Assembly: GCA_964549395.1 (NCBI GenBank) | Contig: CAZJVY010000009.1 | Location: 23-64,022 of the forward strand | Source of the DNA: an uncultured Armatimonadia bacterium | GTDB taxonomy: Bacteria; Armatimonadota; Zipacnadia; Zipacnadales; UBA11051 | Length of the DNA: 64,000 bases | Direction of reading: 5' to 3' | Part shown: piece by piece, positions 1 to 9,412 of the stretch | Numbering within the stretch: the first letter of the stretch is position 1 | Layout: the number at the start of each line of letters is the position of its first letter | Notes under the pieces: model-generated | Seen by the model: only the letters and a program-made list of their open reading frames with translations | Told to the model about the DNA's origin: nothing | The model's database searches: none | Translations under genes and position numbers: made by a program

Positions 1-1611
1 AGCATCCGTGTTGATCGTCAGCCGACACCCTTGCTGCACGGCATAGCGCGCGTGGGTATCATCCAAATCGAGCCGTTCGGGAGATGCGTTGATCTCCAGG
101 GCCACGTCGTTCTCCGCGCAGGCGGCGATGAGCTGGTCAATGTGCAGGCCGTAGGGCTGCCGAGACAGCAGCACCCGGCCGGTGGGATGGGCCACGAAGT
201 CTATCAGCCCCGAGTTGACCGCCGAGACCATGCGCGCGGTAATCCTGTCTGCATCCGAGGAGAAGCCCTGGTGCAGAGCGCCGATGACGTAATCGAGCAG
301 CCCGAAGCTCCCCTCCGGCACATCAACCGACCCGTCGGACAGGATGTCCGCCTCCAGGCCGTGCAGCACCACGAACTTGCAGCCCTCCTTCTCAAAGCTC
401 TTATTCAGCGCGAGGATTTCCTCATGCTGTGCGGCGATTCTGTCGGCGTCCAGGCCGTTGGCTACCCGCAGCGACTGCGAGTGGTCGCTGATGCCGATGT
501 ACTGGTAGCCCAGTTCCATGCAGGCTCGCGCCATCTGCTCAATCGTCGCATGACCGTCGCTGAAATGCGAGTGCATCTGCAAGTCGCAGCGCATGTCGGA
601 CCGCTCGATAAGATCGGGAAGCTCGCCCTTCTCGGCGGCGGCAATTTCCCCACGGTCCTCCCGCAGCTCGGGCGGTATCCACGGCAGACCGACTGCGGCG
701 TAGACGTCCTCCTCGGTCTTGCCCGCCACCATCTTGCCCTTCTTGCCGCCCTTGAACTTGAAAACGCCGTACTCGTTGACGGTCAGGTCCATCCGCTGCG
801 CCCGCTCGCGAAGCCGCACACTGTGCTGCATCGAGCCGGTGAAGTATTGCAGCGCGGCGCCGAACGATTCCTCCTCGACGACGCGCAGGTCAACCTGGCG
901 CCCGCTCGGCAGGTAGCCGCTCACCTTCGTATCGCCGGCCATCGTTACTTCCTCGAGCTTGCCCCGCTCGGCGAACCACTTGCACACCACTGCCGGGTTG
1001 CGCGAAATTGCCAGCATGTCCAGATCCCCCACGGTCTCCCTGCAGCGACGGGTGCTGCCTGCGAACTCGGCGTGGATTACATCGGGGTGTTCGCGCAGTC
1101 CGGCTGTCAACTCCTCGGCGATAGGCAGGACTTCCGCCAGCAGCGCACGCTCCTGGCCCTGACGGTACGTGTCAATGGACTTGAGGATGTTCTCCTCCGT
1201 CTTGGCACCCATGCCCGGCAGGTCCTGCAGGCGGCCCGCTGTCGCGGCGGCCTCCAACTCGTCAACCGTGGTGATGCCCAGCTCGCCGAATACCACAGCG
1301 GCCTTGCGCGGCCCGAAGCCGGATATCTTGAGCAGCTCCAGCAGGCTCTCCGGGTACTCGGCCAGCAGGGCTTCCTTTTCCTGCGACGTGCCGGTGTTGA
1401 CGAACTGCTCGATTACCGTGGCGATGCCCTTGCCGATGCCGGGCACATCTGTCAGTCGTCCCTCGGCCAGCAGCACGGTGACATCTTCCGGCAGGTCGGC
1501 GATGGTCTCCACAGCCCGGCGGAAGCTGCGGATCCGGAACACGTTCGCCTCGGCGATCTCCAGCAGATCGGCTATCTCTTCCAGTTCCAGCGCCACATCC
1601 TGGTTGGTCAT
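1..1611 (-). CDS. polX: DNA polymerase X family / PHP domain protein (3' end runs off window)
   Basis: Not in the ORF track; translated by hand from ATG at 1611: [40 protein letters not shown] (HhH), [27 protein letters not shown] motifs [11 protein letters not shown] and INTDA at the edge. Confidence 0.93.
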   Translation of the reverse strand, partial: MTNQDVALELEEIADLLEIAEANVFRIRSFRRAVETIADLPEDVTVLLAEGRLTDVPGIGKGIATVIEQFVNTGTSQEKEALLAEYPESLLELLKISGFGPRKAAVVFGELGITTVDELEAAATAGRLQDLPGMGAKTEENILKSIDTYRQGQERALLAEVLPIAEELTAGLREHPDVIHAEFAGSTRRCRETVGDLDMLAISRNPAVVCKWFAERGKLEEVTMAGDTKVSGYLPSGRQVDLRVVEEESFGAALQYFTGSMQHSVRLRERAQRMDLTVNEYGVFKFKGGKKGKMVAGKTEEDVYAAVGLPWIPPELREDRGEIAAAEKGELPDLIERSDMRCDLQMHSHFSDGHATIEQMARACMELGYQYIGISDHSQSLRVANGLDADRIAAQHEEILALNKSFEKEGCKFVVLHGLEADILSDGSVDVPEGSFGLLDYVIGALHQGFSSDADRITARMVSAVNSGLIDFVAHPTGRVLLSRQPYGLHIDQLIAACAENDVALEINASPERLDLDDTHARYAVQQGCRLTINTDA

Positions 1612-1655
1612 GGCTCTCTCCCGGCCTCAACCACGCGACTGCATTGCGCTTGCGC

Positions 1656-2411
1656 TCACGTCTCCGGCTTCATTCCCGGAAGCTGGCGGATGAACCTGCG
1701 GCTCTTGGTGTCAACTCCGAATTGGTGGTCGGTGTGGGCATCCATGACGCGCCTGATCTGCCCCCGCGCCTCGTCGCTGATGCCGAGCCGGCTCAGTCGC
1801 TCCGCCGGCATCCGTGCAATGCTTTGCAGCGTTCCCCGCGCTTCGGCAGACAGCAACATGCCGTTCTCTCCCGTACGGCAGCGGGCGCACAGTAGCCCCG
1901 CCTCGGCGGGCAGATACCACGCATCTCCCCCCAGGGCGGCACCGCACTGGCAGCACTCGCCCAGGTTGGGTGCGAGGCCGTGAGCAGCGAACAGCCCCAG
2001 CAGGTACCACCACAGCACCAGCTCCGGATCCTCACCCCGACACAGCGCCGAGTACGCTGCGGTCAGATGCTCGAAAAGCCCCGGCAGCGGCTCGGATGGC
2101 TCCGACGTCCTGGCGGTCAGCTCGGCCACATAGGAGGCGTAGGCCAGGCGCGTCATGTCCTGGCGCAGGGGGTAGTGGGCCTCGATTACCTCAGCTTGCG
2201 CGAGCCTGTCCAGATCGCGGCCCTCGGCGAACATCAACTTCGAGAGGGTGAACAGCTCGACCGCGGGTGCCAGCTTGCTGCCGGGGCGGCCGATTCCCTG
2301 CGCCACCGCCTCCACCTTCCCGCGCGCAGACGTGTAGAACGTGACCACCCGGCCGGTGCCCTTGTACTTGTGGGCCAGAAGCGTAATCCCTAGAGTCGAG
2401 TAAGTTGCCAT
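1656..2411 (-). CDS. recO: DNA repair protein RecO
   Basis: N-terminal OB fold (RGKVEAVAQG...SKLAPAVELF) and C4 zinc finger CCQC...LCARC. Confidence 0.93.
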   Translation of the reverse strand: MATYSTLGITLLAHKYKGTGRVVTFYTSARGKVEAVAQGIGRPGSKLAPAVELFTLSKLMFAEGRDLDRLAQAEVIEAHYPLRQDMTRLAYASYVAELTARTSEPSEPLPGLFEHLTAAYSALCRGEDPELVLWWYLLGLFAAHGLAPNLGECCQCGAALGGDAWYLPAEAGLLCARCRTGENGMLLSAEARGTLQSIARMPAERLSRLGISDEARGQIRRVMDAHTDHQFGVDTKSRRFIRQLPGMKPET

Positions 2412-2418
2412 GGCGGTC

Positions 2419-3096
2419 TCATACGTCCAGTTCGGCGATGATGGACTTCGTGGCGCTGGTGCCGATGCGATCGGCCCCGGCGGCGATCATCTCCCGCATG
2501 TCGGCCAGGCTGCGAATGCCGCCCGCCGCCTTCACGCCGATATGGGGCGGTGCAAGCCGCCGCAGCATGGCCGCGTGCTCCGCCGTCGCCCCGTGCGGCC
2601 CGAAGCCCGTGGAGGTCTTCACGAACTGCGCCCCGCCGTCCACCGCCGCATTGACCCCGCGCGCGATTTGCTCTTCGCTCAAATAGCAGGTCTCGAGTAT
2701 GACCTTCAACACCGGCCCGTCCCTGCAGGCGCCGATGCTCTCCGCCACCGCCGCAATGTCGGCGGTGACGATCCCGTACTCTCCCGAGCGCAGGGCCGAG
2801 ATGTTGATGACCATGTCAAGCTCCGCACAGCCGATGGCGATCAGCGACCTGGCCTCTTCCGCCTTGGTCACCGCCAGCGTGAAGCCGAACGGGAACCCGA
2901 CCACGGAGCTGACCGGCGTCGCCGCACCGGCAAGCTGTTGCACCGCGACGTTGGCCCATGCCGGCGGCACGCAGATGCTGCCCAGCCGATGCTCTCTGCC
3001 GATCTCACACGCCTCGATTATCTCAGCGCGCGTGCAGTCCGGCTTGAGCACCGCGTGGTCAATCATCACCAGCAATTCAGCGGCCGACCTATCCAT
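2419..3096 (-). CDS. deoC: Deoxyribose-phosphate aldolase
   Basis: IDHAVLKP, VVGFPFG, ELDMVIN, KVILET, FVKTSTGF, VKAAGGIR, RIGTS. Confidence 0.96.
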   Translation of the reverse strand: MDRSAAELLVMIDHAVLKPDCTRAEIIEACEIGREHRLGSICVPPAWANVAVQQLAGAATPVSSVVGFPFGFTLAVTKAEEARSLIAIGCAELDMVINISALRSGEYGIVTADIAAVAESIGACRDGPVLKVILETCYLSEEQIARGVNAAVDGGAQFVKTSTGFGPHGATAEHAAMLRRLAPPHIGVKAAGGIRSLADMREMIAAGADRIGTSATKSIIAELDV

Positions 3097-3121
3097 GCCC
3101 CGCGTCCTTCCCTGGCAGAGA

Positions 3122-3907
3122 CTAATCCCCGGCGTGCCGGGGTATCTCGTTGAGCTGCCTGATCGCTATGGCGGCCTCGGCCGGATCGTACGAATTCGGC
3201 GCGCCCAGCACCGCATTCACCCCCAGCTCGGCCAGTGCCTCCACCGTTTCCCTCGTAAGCTCCTGCACGAACGTGATGAGGCGTGCCTCCTCCGGCAGAC
3301 CCTCAGCCATGCGCCCGATCTCCTCGTGCGGGACCGCCGCAGTGTAGTCCCACATCAACGGTACGGCCAGCATGTACCTGGCACCCAGCTCCACCGCACG
3401 CCTCGCACCCTCGCAGGTGTCAACCATGATGACCGGCGCAATCTCCACTTCCTCGCACGCGGCCATCAGCGCCAGGATCTGCCCGTCGGCCAGCAAAGCC
3501 TCCGGTATGGTCACCGCATCGGCCTCATTCGCCCGCGACTCGTAAACCTGGTACTCGTCAACGATGTAGTCGAAGCGGATGACGGGCAGTGGCATGTACT
3601 TGCGGGCACGGCGGGAGTGGAATACCTCGCCATCGTGCAGTACCCTGTCGGTGCAGACGGCGACTGCGACGCAGCCGGCCCCCGCGTACTCCTGGCCCCA
3701 GATGCGCGGGTCGAACAGCTCGGCCAGCGGATGGTCCGGCGGATGGATTTCGCCGACTATCCCCACATGCTCCCCGCGAATGGTGGTCAGACTCCGCGCC
3801 GGCTCGGTGTACCTGGCGATGCGCTCCTTTAACTCCGCCGGCGACACATCGCGCCGGCACCCGCCGACCTCTCTCTGCTTGGCCTCCAGAAGCTCAAACG
3901 GTTTCAC
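3122..3907 (-). CDS. Indole-3-glycerol-phosphate synthase (TrpC)-like protein, catalytic residues degenerate
   Basis: TrpC scaffold (EYAGAGCVAVAVCTD, LPVIRFDYIVDEYQVYESRANEADAV) but the catalytic Lys/Glu/Asn motifs are lost. Confidence 0.75.
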   Translation of the reverse strand: MKPFELLEAKQREVGGCRRDVSPAELKERIARYTEPARSLTTIRGEHVGIVGEIHPPDHPLAELFDPRIWGQEYAGAGCVAVAVCTDRVLHDGEVFHSRRARKYMPLPVIRFDYIVDEYQVYESRANEADAVTIPEALLADGQILALMAACEEVEIAPVIMVDTCEGARRAVELGARYMLAVPLMWDYTAAVPHEEIGRMAEGLPEEARLITFVQELTRETVEALAELGVNAVLGAPNSYDPAEAAIAIRQLNEIPRHAGD

Positions 3908-3934
3908 CGGACACCTCGAATGCGGTCGTGCATG

Positions 3935-4396
3935 CTATCTCTGCCTCAACACCCGCGCCGGGTTCCCCACCACCAGCGCCCCCGGCGGCACATCCTTCGT
4001 CACCACCGAAGCGGCCCCGACGCCCGCCCCCTTGCCTATGGTTACACCCGGCAGGATGGTGCAATTGCAGCCGATGTACGCGCCATCTTCTATCACGATA
4101 TCCATGTTCGACGGATCGCTCTTCGGCCCATGCGCAACCAGCGTCACCTGAAACGAGATGATGACATTATCGCCGATGCTGATGCGGTGGGGGCACAGGT
4201 CCTCGAACCACCCGTGCATGCCCACGAAGCCGCCTTTCCCCATCTTGATGCCGCCGAGCCGCAGCAGGAAGTTGCGCAGCCGCGTGTTGATGTGCGGCAG
4301 CCCCATCGCCCACTTGTTGATGATGAGCGAGCGCAGCCACTGCCAGCGGTACATCTGCTGGTGGCTCATCTCTGCGTTGGTGTGCCAGAACGCCAT
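3935..4396 (-). CDS. Hexapeptide-repeat acyltransferase (left-handed beta-helix)
   Basis: IEDGAYIGCNCTILPGVTIGKGAGVGAASVVTKDVPPGALVVGNPAR. Confidence 0.9.
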   Translation of the reverse strand: MAFWHTNAEMSHQQMYRWQWLRSLIINKWAMGLPHINTRLRNFLLRLGGIKMGKGGFVGMHGWFEDLCPHRISIGDNVIISFQVTLVAHGPKSDPSNMDIVIEDGAYIGCNCTILPGVTIGKGAGVGAASVVTKDVPPGALVVGNPARVLRQR

Positions 4397-4454
4397 GTAT
4401 ACTTCCTCCGCGATGCAATTGCAGGCGCATCGTACGACTGGCCGCTACTGCGGA

Positions 4455-4484
4455 ATTATATTGGATGATAGCGCCGCTGAGCAA
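4455..4484 (-). promoter_or_regulatory. Putative sigma70 promoter of the acyltransferase-trpC-like-deoC-recO-polX operon
   Basis: Minus strand TTGCTC-18 nt-TATAAT about 60 nt upstream of the 4396 start. Confidence 0.5.
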
Positions 4485-4631
4485 GCCGAACCGCCCCGCC
4501 GAGCCCCTTCCCTCTTGATAGTCGGAGAGCGTTCGCGACGGAAAGCAGGAAGGCCGTCGCCACTCCCCTGTCCAATATCCCGTGTGACGCGATGCCGTGC
4601 CATTCTGACTCCAACCAACCAGGTGAATGCG

Positions 4632-6239
4632 ATGAGCGCTGTACCCGACATGAAATTCGACAGCTATTACACGTATGACCAGCTTACGGAGTTCCTCAAC
4701 GGATGCCAGGCGGCGGCCGCCGACCTCATGACCCTCGACAGCATCGCTCAAAGCCCCGAAGGCCGCGAGGTTTGGCTGGCCACCATCACGGACCCGACAA
4801 CAGGCCCTCCGGAGGATAAGCCGGCCTACTACGTCCAGGCAAATGTCCACGCCAGGGAGCTGGCCGGTACGACAACCGCCCTGCGGCTCATTCACACGCT
4901 GCTCACCGACGAGCAGGCCGGGGCGATGCTCAAGGAACTGACCTTCTACGTGGTGCCGCGCACCAACCCCGACGGTGCCGAATATGCCATAACGCTCAAC
5001 GGCCCGATACGGTCGAAAAATGAGATAGTGGAGAAGAAGAACGGCCTAATCCCGCAGGACCTCAATGGTGACGGCAAGATCAGCAACATGCGCTGGGAGG
5101 ACCCGGCCGGGCCGTATGTGGCCGACCCGGAAGACCCCCGCTTCCTGGTGGCGAGGCGCCCCGGCGACACCGGGCCGTTCTACCAGCAGTTCACCGAGGG
5201 GCTGATCCACGACTATGACGGCGGCCCCATCCAGTCCAGCGTCAAGGGCTTCGACTTCAACCGCCACTATCCGGCCAAGTGGGATCACAACGTGGACGCC
5301 GCCGATTATCCCCTGCAGCATCCGGAGATACGCGGCATTGTGGACTTCCTCATCAGCCACCACAACATCTTCGCCGGCATTGATTTCCACTGCGGCACCC
5401 AGGCGATTCTGAGGGTACCCAATGCCGGCGACGCCGAACTCGACCAGGGCGACTTGGGCCTGATGCTCGAGATCGGCAAGATCGCCGAGAATCTCACCGG
5501 ATTCCCCCTGATGGCGACGCGGGATTACCGCGAGCCGTGGCGCAAGCCCATCTCCCTGCCGGGGAACTCCGACGATTTCGCCTACCACCAACTGGGCATC
5601 TCGTGGTTCGTCATCGAGCTGGGCAACAGCTACAGTTCGGCGGGTATCAGCGGCGAGGAGTATTTCAACGCCGATGACGAGACGCGCGACCGCGACTTCA
5701 TGCGCCGGGTGATGAAGTTCTACGACGAGAACCCGGGGCACGCCTGGCAGTGGCTCCAGTGGCAGGAGTTCGATCACCCGCAACTGGGCAAGGTCGAGAT
5801 CGGCGGCATCGGCGGCGGCAACATCATCATGCCTTATCCGCCGCAGATCGAGGATGCATCCACCAATACGACCGCATTCATCCTGCGGCACGCGGACTAT
5901 CGGCCGCGCATAGTCATCTCCGGCGTCGAGGCGGCGCGGCTGGCCGATGGCGTGTACCGCCTCCGCGCAACGGTGGCGAATGTCGGCCGGCTGGCGACCA
6001 ACGTAATGTCAACGGGCGCCGGCAGTCGCACTGCCGAGCCGGTTGCGGTGCGGCTTGAGGGCATTGAGGCCGACGGCATCGCCTCGCGGCCGTGGGTGTA
6101 CGAGTTCCCGGCGCTTGGCGGTGGCGGCGCGCACCAGCAGATGGAGTGGTTCGTGACGGCGCCGGCGGGCACGGAGATTGCCATTCGCGCCTTCCATCCT
6201 CGCGGCGGCATCGCCCGGCAAGCGGTGCATCTTTCCTAG
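4632..6239 (+). CDS. M14 family zinc carboxypeptidase
   Basis: NVHARE (HxxE), NPDG, DFNRHYP, DFHCG; start moved to ATG 4632 after an AGGTG SD; no signal peptide. Confidence 0.88.
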   Translation: MSAVPDMKFDSYYTYDQLTEFLNGCQAAAADLMTLDSIAQSPEGREVWLATITDPTTGPPEDKPAYYVQANVHARELAGTTTALRLIHTLLTDEQAGAMLKELTFYVVPRTNPDGAEYAITLNGPIRSKNEIVEKKNGLIPQDLNGDGKISNMRWEDPAGPYVADPEDPRFLVARRPGDTGPFYQQFTEGLIHDYDGGPIQSSVKGFDFNRHYPAKWDHNVDAADYPLQHPEIRGIVDFLISHHNIFAGIDFHCGTQAILRVPNAGDAELDQGDLGLMLEIGKIAENLTGFPLMATRDYREPWRKPISLPGNSDDFAYHQLGISWFVIELGNSYSSAGISGEEYFNADDETRDRDFMRRVMKFYDENPGHAWQWLQWQEFDHPQLGKVEIGGIGGGNIIMPYPPQIEDASTNTTAFILRHADYRPRIVISGVEAARLADGVYRLRATVANVGRLATNVMSTGAGSRTAEPVAVRLEGIEADGIASRPWVYEFPALGGGGAHQQMEWFVTAPAGTEIAIRAFHPRGGIARQAVHLS

Positions 6240-6300
6240 TTGCGTCAGCATCCATGCTGCGCATAAGCACCCGAGCCTGTGGCTCTCTCTCAATCCATCG

Positions 6301-6362
6301 CGACGGGCAGATCCCTGCCTGCCGCCGTTCCTTTCCGTAGGCCGGGCGTCCCTGCCTGCCTG
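6301..6362 (+). repeat. REP-like palindrome pair (modules E-like and D)
   Basis: GACGGGCAGATCCCTGCCTGCC and GTAG-GCCGGGCGTCCCTGCCTGCC; degenerate copies of motifs at 18758, 43118 and 46121. Confidence 0.6.
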
Positions 6363-6460
6363 CGCCAACGCAATCCTCTCACGGACTTGCGCAAGTCAGC
6401 AGCAGATTCCCCCCGCTGTTCTCGCAGTCCTGCAGCGGCCGCGGCCCGCTCCTGCCGCAT

Positions 6461-6489
6461 TTGACTTTTCGCACCCCATTGCCTATACT
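6461..6489 (+). promoter_or_regulatory. Sigma70-type promoter
   Basis: TTGACT-17 nt-TATACT, about 50 nt upstream of a GGAGGT SD and GTG at 6541. Confidence 0.75.
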
Positions 6490-6540
6490 TGGGATGCTGT
6501 GGAACAAGTCAGCGGGCAAACTTGCTGGGAGGTGACCCCC

Positions 6541-7263
6541 GTGCGTCGCGTTCATGTATTGTCGTCAGTCGTGCTGCTTGTCGCTCTCGCGTGCTCTCCG
6601 CTTCTGGCCGATCCTTACATGTCGGTGTGGGATGTGGAGAAGCCGGAGACCAATGTGACCAATAGCTGGATAGGTTCGACAGGCATGGTCTTCACGCCCA
6701 CCGCTAGGAACTGTCCGGCTCAGGGCGCGGTTGTCAGTTACCACTGGATCAACACCGACCCCGATGCAGGAGAACTGTGGAGCGCCAATATCGGCCTCAC
6801 CCCGAACTTCGAGATCGGTGCGGTGCGCCTGGCCGATGCGTTCGTCGAGGGGGATGACGCCGAGTACATCGCCAACGTCAAGTACCGCGTCAGCCTGGCC
6901 CGCTGGACCGACAACCCCGATGCCCCCGAGCTCTCCGTCGGCGTATGGGACCTCGGCAACAAGGTGAACAGGAGCTTCTTCCTGGTGATGAGCCAGGACT
7001 TGACGATTGCCGAAGAGGGCGAGCGCTCGGAACTGCGCGCACACCTCGGCTACGGCGACACCAAGCAGGGCGACGGGCTGCTTGACGGCTTCTTCGGCGG
7101 CATCGAGTTCTCGCCCATGGAAAACGGCCTACTGCAGATTGAGCACGACGGCGAGAACCTCAATCTCGCATACCACTACAACTTCTCAGAGACAATAGCG
7201 CTCGAGCTCGGCTCCATTGACGGCGACCTCGGCCTCGGTCTCACCTGGCACAAGGGCTTCTAA
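6541..7263 (+). CDS. Secreted YjbH-like outer-membrane beta-barrel protein
   Basis: Signal peptide, GSTGMVFTPTA motif, alternating beta-strand pattern, C-terminal Phe (LTWHKGF). Confidence 0.65.
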   Translation: MRRVHVLSSVVLLVALACSPLLADPYMSVWDVEKPETNVTNSWIGSTGMVFTPTARNCPAQGAVVSYHWINTDPDAGELWSANIGLTPNFEIGAVRLADAFVEGDDAEYIANVKYRVSLARWTDNPDAPELSVGVWDLGNKVNRSFFLVMSQDLTIAEEGERSELRAHLGYGDTKQGDGLLDGFFGGIEFSPMENGLLQIEHDGENLNLAYHYNFSETIALELGSIDGDLGLGLTWHKGF

Positions 7264-7290
7264 ACCGCCCTGAACTCGAACTGAGTGCAT

Positions 7291-7376
7291 GGGGACGCTC
7301 GCATGTGCGGGTGTCCCCTTTGTTTCTCTGCCGGCGCAAGCAAACGGGACACTCCTCGCGGGGTGTCCCGGTTTTC
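7291..7376. terminator. Two related hairpins between convergent genes
   Basis: GGGGAC...GTCCCC-TTTGTTT and CGGGACAC...GTGTCCCG-GTTTT. Confidence 0.6.
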
Positions 7377-7403
7377 TCGTACGCCACCTGATGTCCCGAA
7401 CCT

Positions 7404-8039
7404 TCACCAGCCGGAAAGGTCCTCGATGAACGGGTTGTCAGTCTTCTCCTCGCCGATGGTCGTGGCCGGGCCGTGACCGGGGTAGACCAGCATTTCGTCC
7501 GGCAGTTCGGAGACGAGCCGGTCCAATGAGCTTACCATGGCATCGTGGTCGGAGCCAGGCAAGTCGGTGCGCCCGATGCTGCCGGCAAACAGCGTGTCGC
7601 CGCAGAACACCGCCTCCGAGGTGACGAAACAGACGCCTCCGGGTGAGTGTCCCGGCGTGTGCATGACGCGGATGTCAACTCCCGCAAGGTGCAGCTCGTC
7701 GCCATCCGCTAACTCCACATCAGCGCTGCACGGCTTCACCCCGCCGACCAGCGACGCCCAGTACGGATCGGGCCTGGTCAGCATGGGTGCATCGGCGGCA
7801 TGAACGTACAGCTTGGCGCCGGTTGCGCGCTGGACCTCAGCCGCTGCTGCGATGTGGTCAACGTGGCCGTGCGTAATCAGGATCGCCGCCACCGTCCCGG
7901 CCATCTCATCGGCCTCGTCGAGCAGCAGCTCCGCCTCATCGCCCGGGTCTATGATCACAATGCTGTCGGCTTTATCGCCGCCCAACAGATAGCAGTTGGT
8001 GGCAAGTGGCCCGACGGTCAGTGTCCCTATCCTGTCCAT
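7404..8039 (-). CDS. MBL-fold metallo-hydrolase (glyoxalase II-like)
   Basis: TNCY, IDPG, THGHVDH, TPGHSPG, GDTLF, GRTDL, PGHG; usual neighbour of dtd. Confidence 0.92.
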   Translation of the reverse strand: MDRIGTLTVGPLATNCYLLGGDKADSIVIIDPGDEAELLLDEADEMAGTVAAILITHGHVDHIAAAAEVQRATGAKLYVHAADAPMLTRPDPYWASLVGGVKPCSADVELADGDELHLAGVDIRVMHTPGHSPGGVCFVTSEAVFCGDTLFAGSIGRTDLPGSDHDAMVSSLDRLVSELPDEMLVYPGHGPATTIGEEKTDNPFIEDLSGW

Positions 8040-8042
8040 CGC

Positions 8043-8897
8043 TCAGTATTCGCCTTCGCAAATCTCCTGGTCCCAGCCGGCCCGGGTCAACTGCGAGGGC
8101 AGCCCAGCCCGCAGGTGCCACCGCCGCACCCAGTCGCGGTCGTACTCATCCAGCGGCCCGGCCTGCCGGTACGCCTCCGTCGCGCCGATCCGATCCCCGG
8201 TTACCAGCAGTAGCTCACCCATCAGGTACAGATATACCGAGCTATCCGGGTTAATTAGATATGCACGCTGCAACTGCTGCAGAGCCTTCGCGAAGCGGCT
8301 CTGACGCACATACACAACGCTGAGGCGCACGTTGTAGAAGTCCTCCGCCGGCGAGCAGGCGATGGCGGTCTCGTACTCATCAGCCGCCGCATCCCACTCG
8401 CCCAGCCGGGCGTGCAAATCAGCCATTCTGTGATGGTAGAAGCCGTCATCGGGTGCAAGCTCGATGGCACAGCGGAAGCGGGCGCTGGCGCGCTCGAAGT
8501 CCCCCCGCCGCAGGTACAACTCCCCCAGGCGGCATTGGTAGTATGGCTTTGTCGGGTCGCACCTGACCGCCTTCTCCAATGCACCTATCGCCGCACTGAA
8601 GCGGCTGATGTTGATCCAGAACTCGGCCAGGCAGAAGTGGGCGTCCGCATGGCGCGGATGAATGCTCAGCGCCTTCTTGTAGGCCCGGTATGCCTGCTGC
8701 GGCATGTTGGCCGCGAAGTACGCGTCACCCAACGCCACCGACGTATCCGGGTCCTGGTCGTCCAAGTGCGCCGAGGCCTCGTACTTGCCGATGGCCTCCT
8801 CGATGAACCCCTGTTCGGCCAGCACGTCGCCCTCCAGCCGGTGCTCGGTGGCGCGCTCTCGGCGGCCGCTCTTGTCTTGATGTCGTGACTGTGCCAT
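8043..8897 (-). CDS. Tetratricopeptide repeat protein
   Basis: Several 34-aa TPR units (LGDAY...A...YKKAL...P). Confidence 0.85.
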   Translation of the reverse strand: MAQSRHQDKSGRRERATEHRLEGDVLAEQGFIEEAIGKYEASAHLDDQDPDTSVALGDAYFAANMPQQAYRAYKKALSIHPRHADAHFCLAEFWINISRFSAAIGALEKAVRCDPTKPYYQCRLGELYLRRGDFERASARFRCAIELAPDDGFYHHRMADLHARLGEWDAAADEYETAIACSPAEDFYNVRLSVVYVRQSRFAKALQQLQRAYLINPDSSVYLYLMGELLLVTGDRIGATEAYRQAGPLDEYDRDWVRRWHLRAGLPSQLTRAGWDQEICEGEY

Positions 8898-8948
8898 TGC
8901 TCTCAACTGCCGACATGCCCCTACAAGCTTGGTCCGCCACGGCCTTCC

Positions 8949-9389
8949 TCACGGACTGTCAATTATCAGTGTCACAGGCCCGTCGTTTGTCAGGCTCACC
9001 TGCATGTGGGCTCCAAAATGTCCTTTCGCAACCGGAATGTCCAATTCCTGCACCATGATGCAGAACTCGTCGAACAGCCGGCCCGCCGGTTCCGGGGCTG
9101 CCGCTCCCGAAAAGCCGGGCCTGCGACCCTTCTGGCAGTCCGCGTAGAGCGTGAAATTGGGCACCAGCAGGACCCCGCCCTCGATGTCACCCACCGACAG
9201 GTTCATCTTACCCTCGGCATCCTCGAATATCCGCAGGCCCACGATCTTCTGTGCTATCCACTGCAACTGCTGCGCCGCGTCACCCTGCTTGAAGCCGGCC
9301 AGCACCAGCAGTCCCCGCCCGATTTCCGCGATGGCCGCGCCCTCGACAGCCACATCCGCCCTGCTCACTCTCTGTACCACAACTCGCAC
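8949..9389 (-). CDS. dtd: D-aminoacyl-tRNA deacylase
   Basis: MRVVVQRV, LRIFED, NFTLYAD, GRRP, FGAHMQVSLTNDGPVT. Confidence 0.96.
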   Translation of the reverse strand: MRVVVQRVSRADVAVEGAAIAEIGRGLLVLAGFKQGDAAQQLQWIAQKIVGLRIFEDAEGKMNLSVGDIEGGVLLVPNFTLYADCQKGRRPGFSGAAAPEPAGRLFDEFCIMVQELDIPVAKGHFGAHMQVSLTNDGPVTLIIDSP

Positions 9390-9412
9390 CGCTATTCCCC
9401 CTGCCTGTGGGG

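Noticed and set aside
31-1983. 650-aa plus-strand ORF
   Set aside because: Antisense shadow of polX and recO; no recognisable motifs, typical of GC-rich DNA.
7404-7425. DLSGW at the C-terminus of the MBL hydrolase and near the end of the zinc-ribbon protein
   Set aside because: A five-residue match in unrelated proteins; most likely coincidence.
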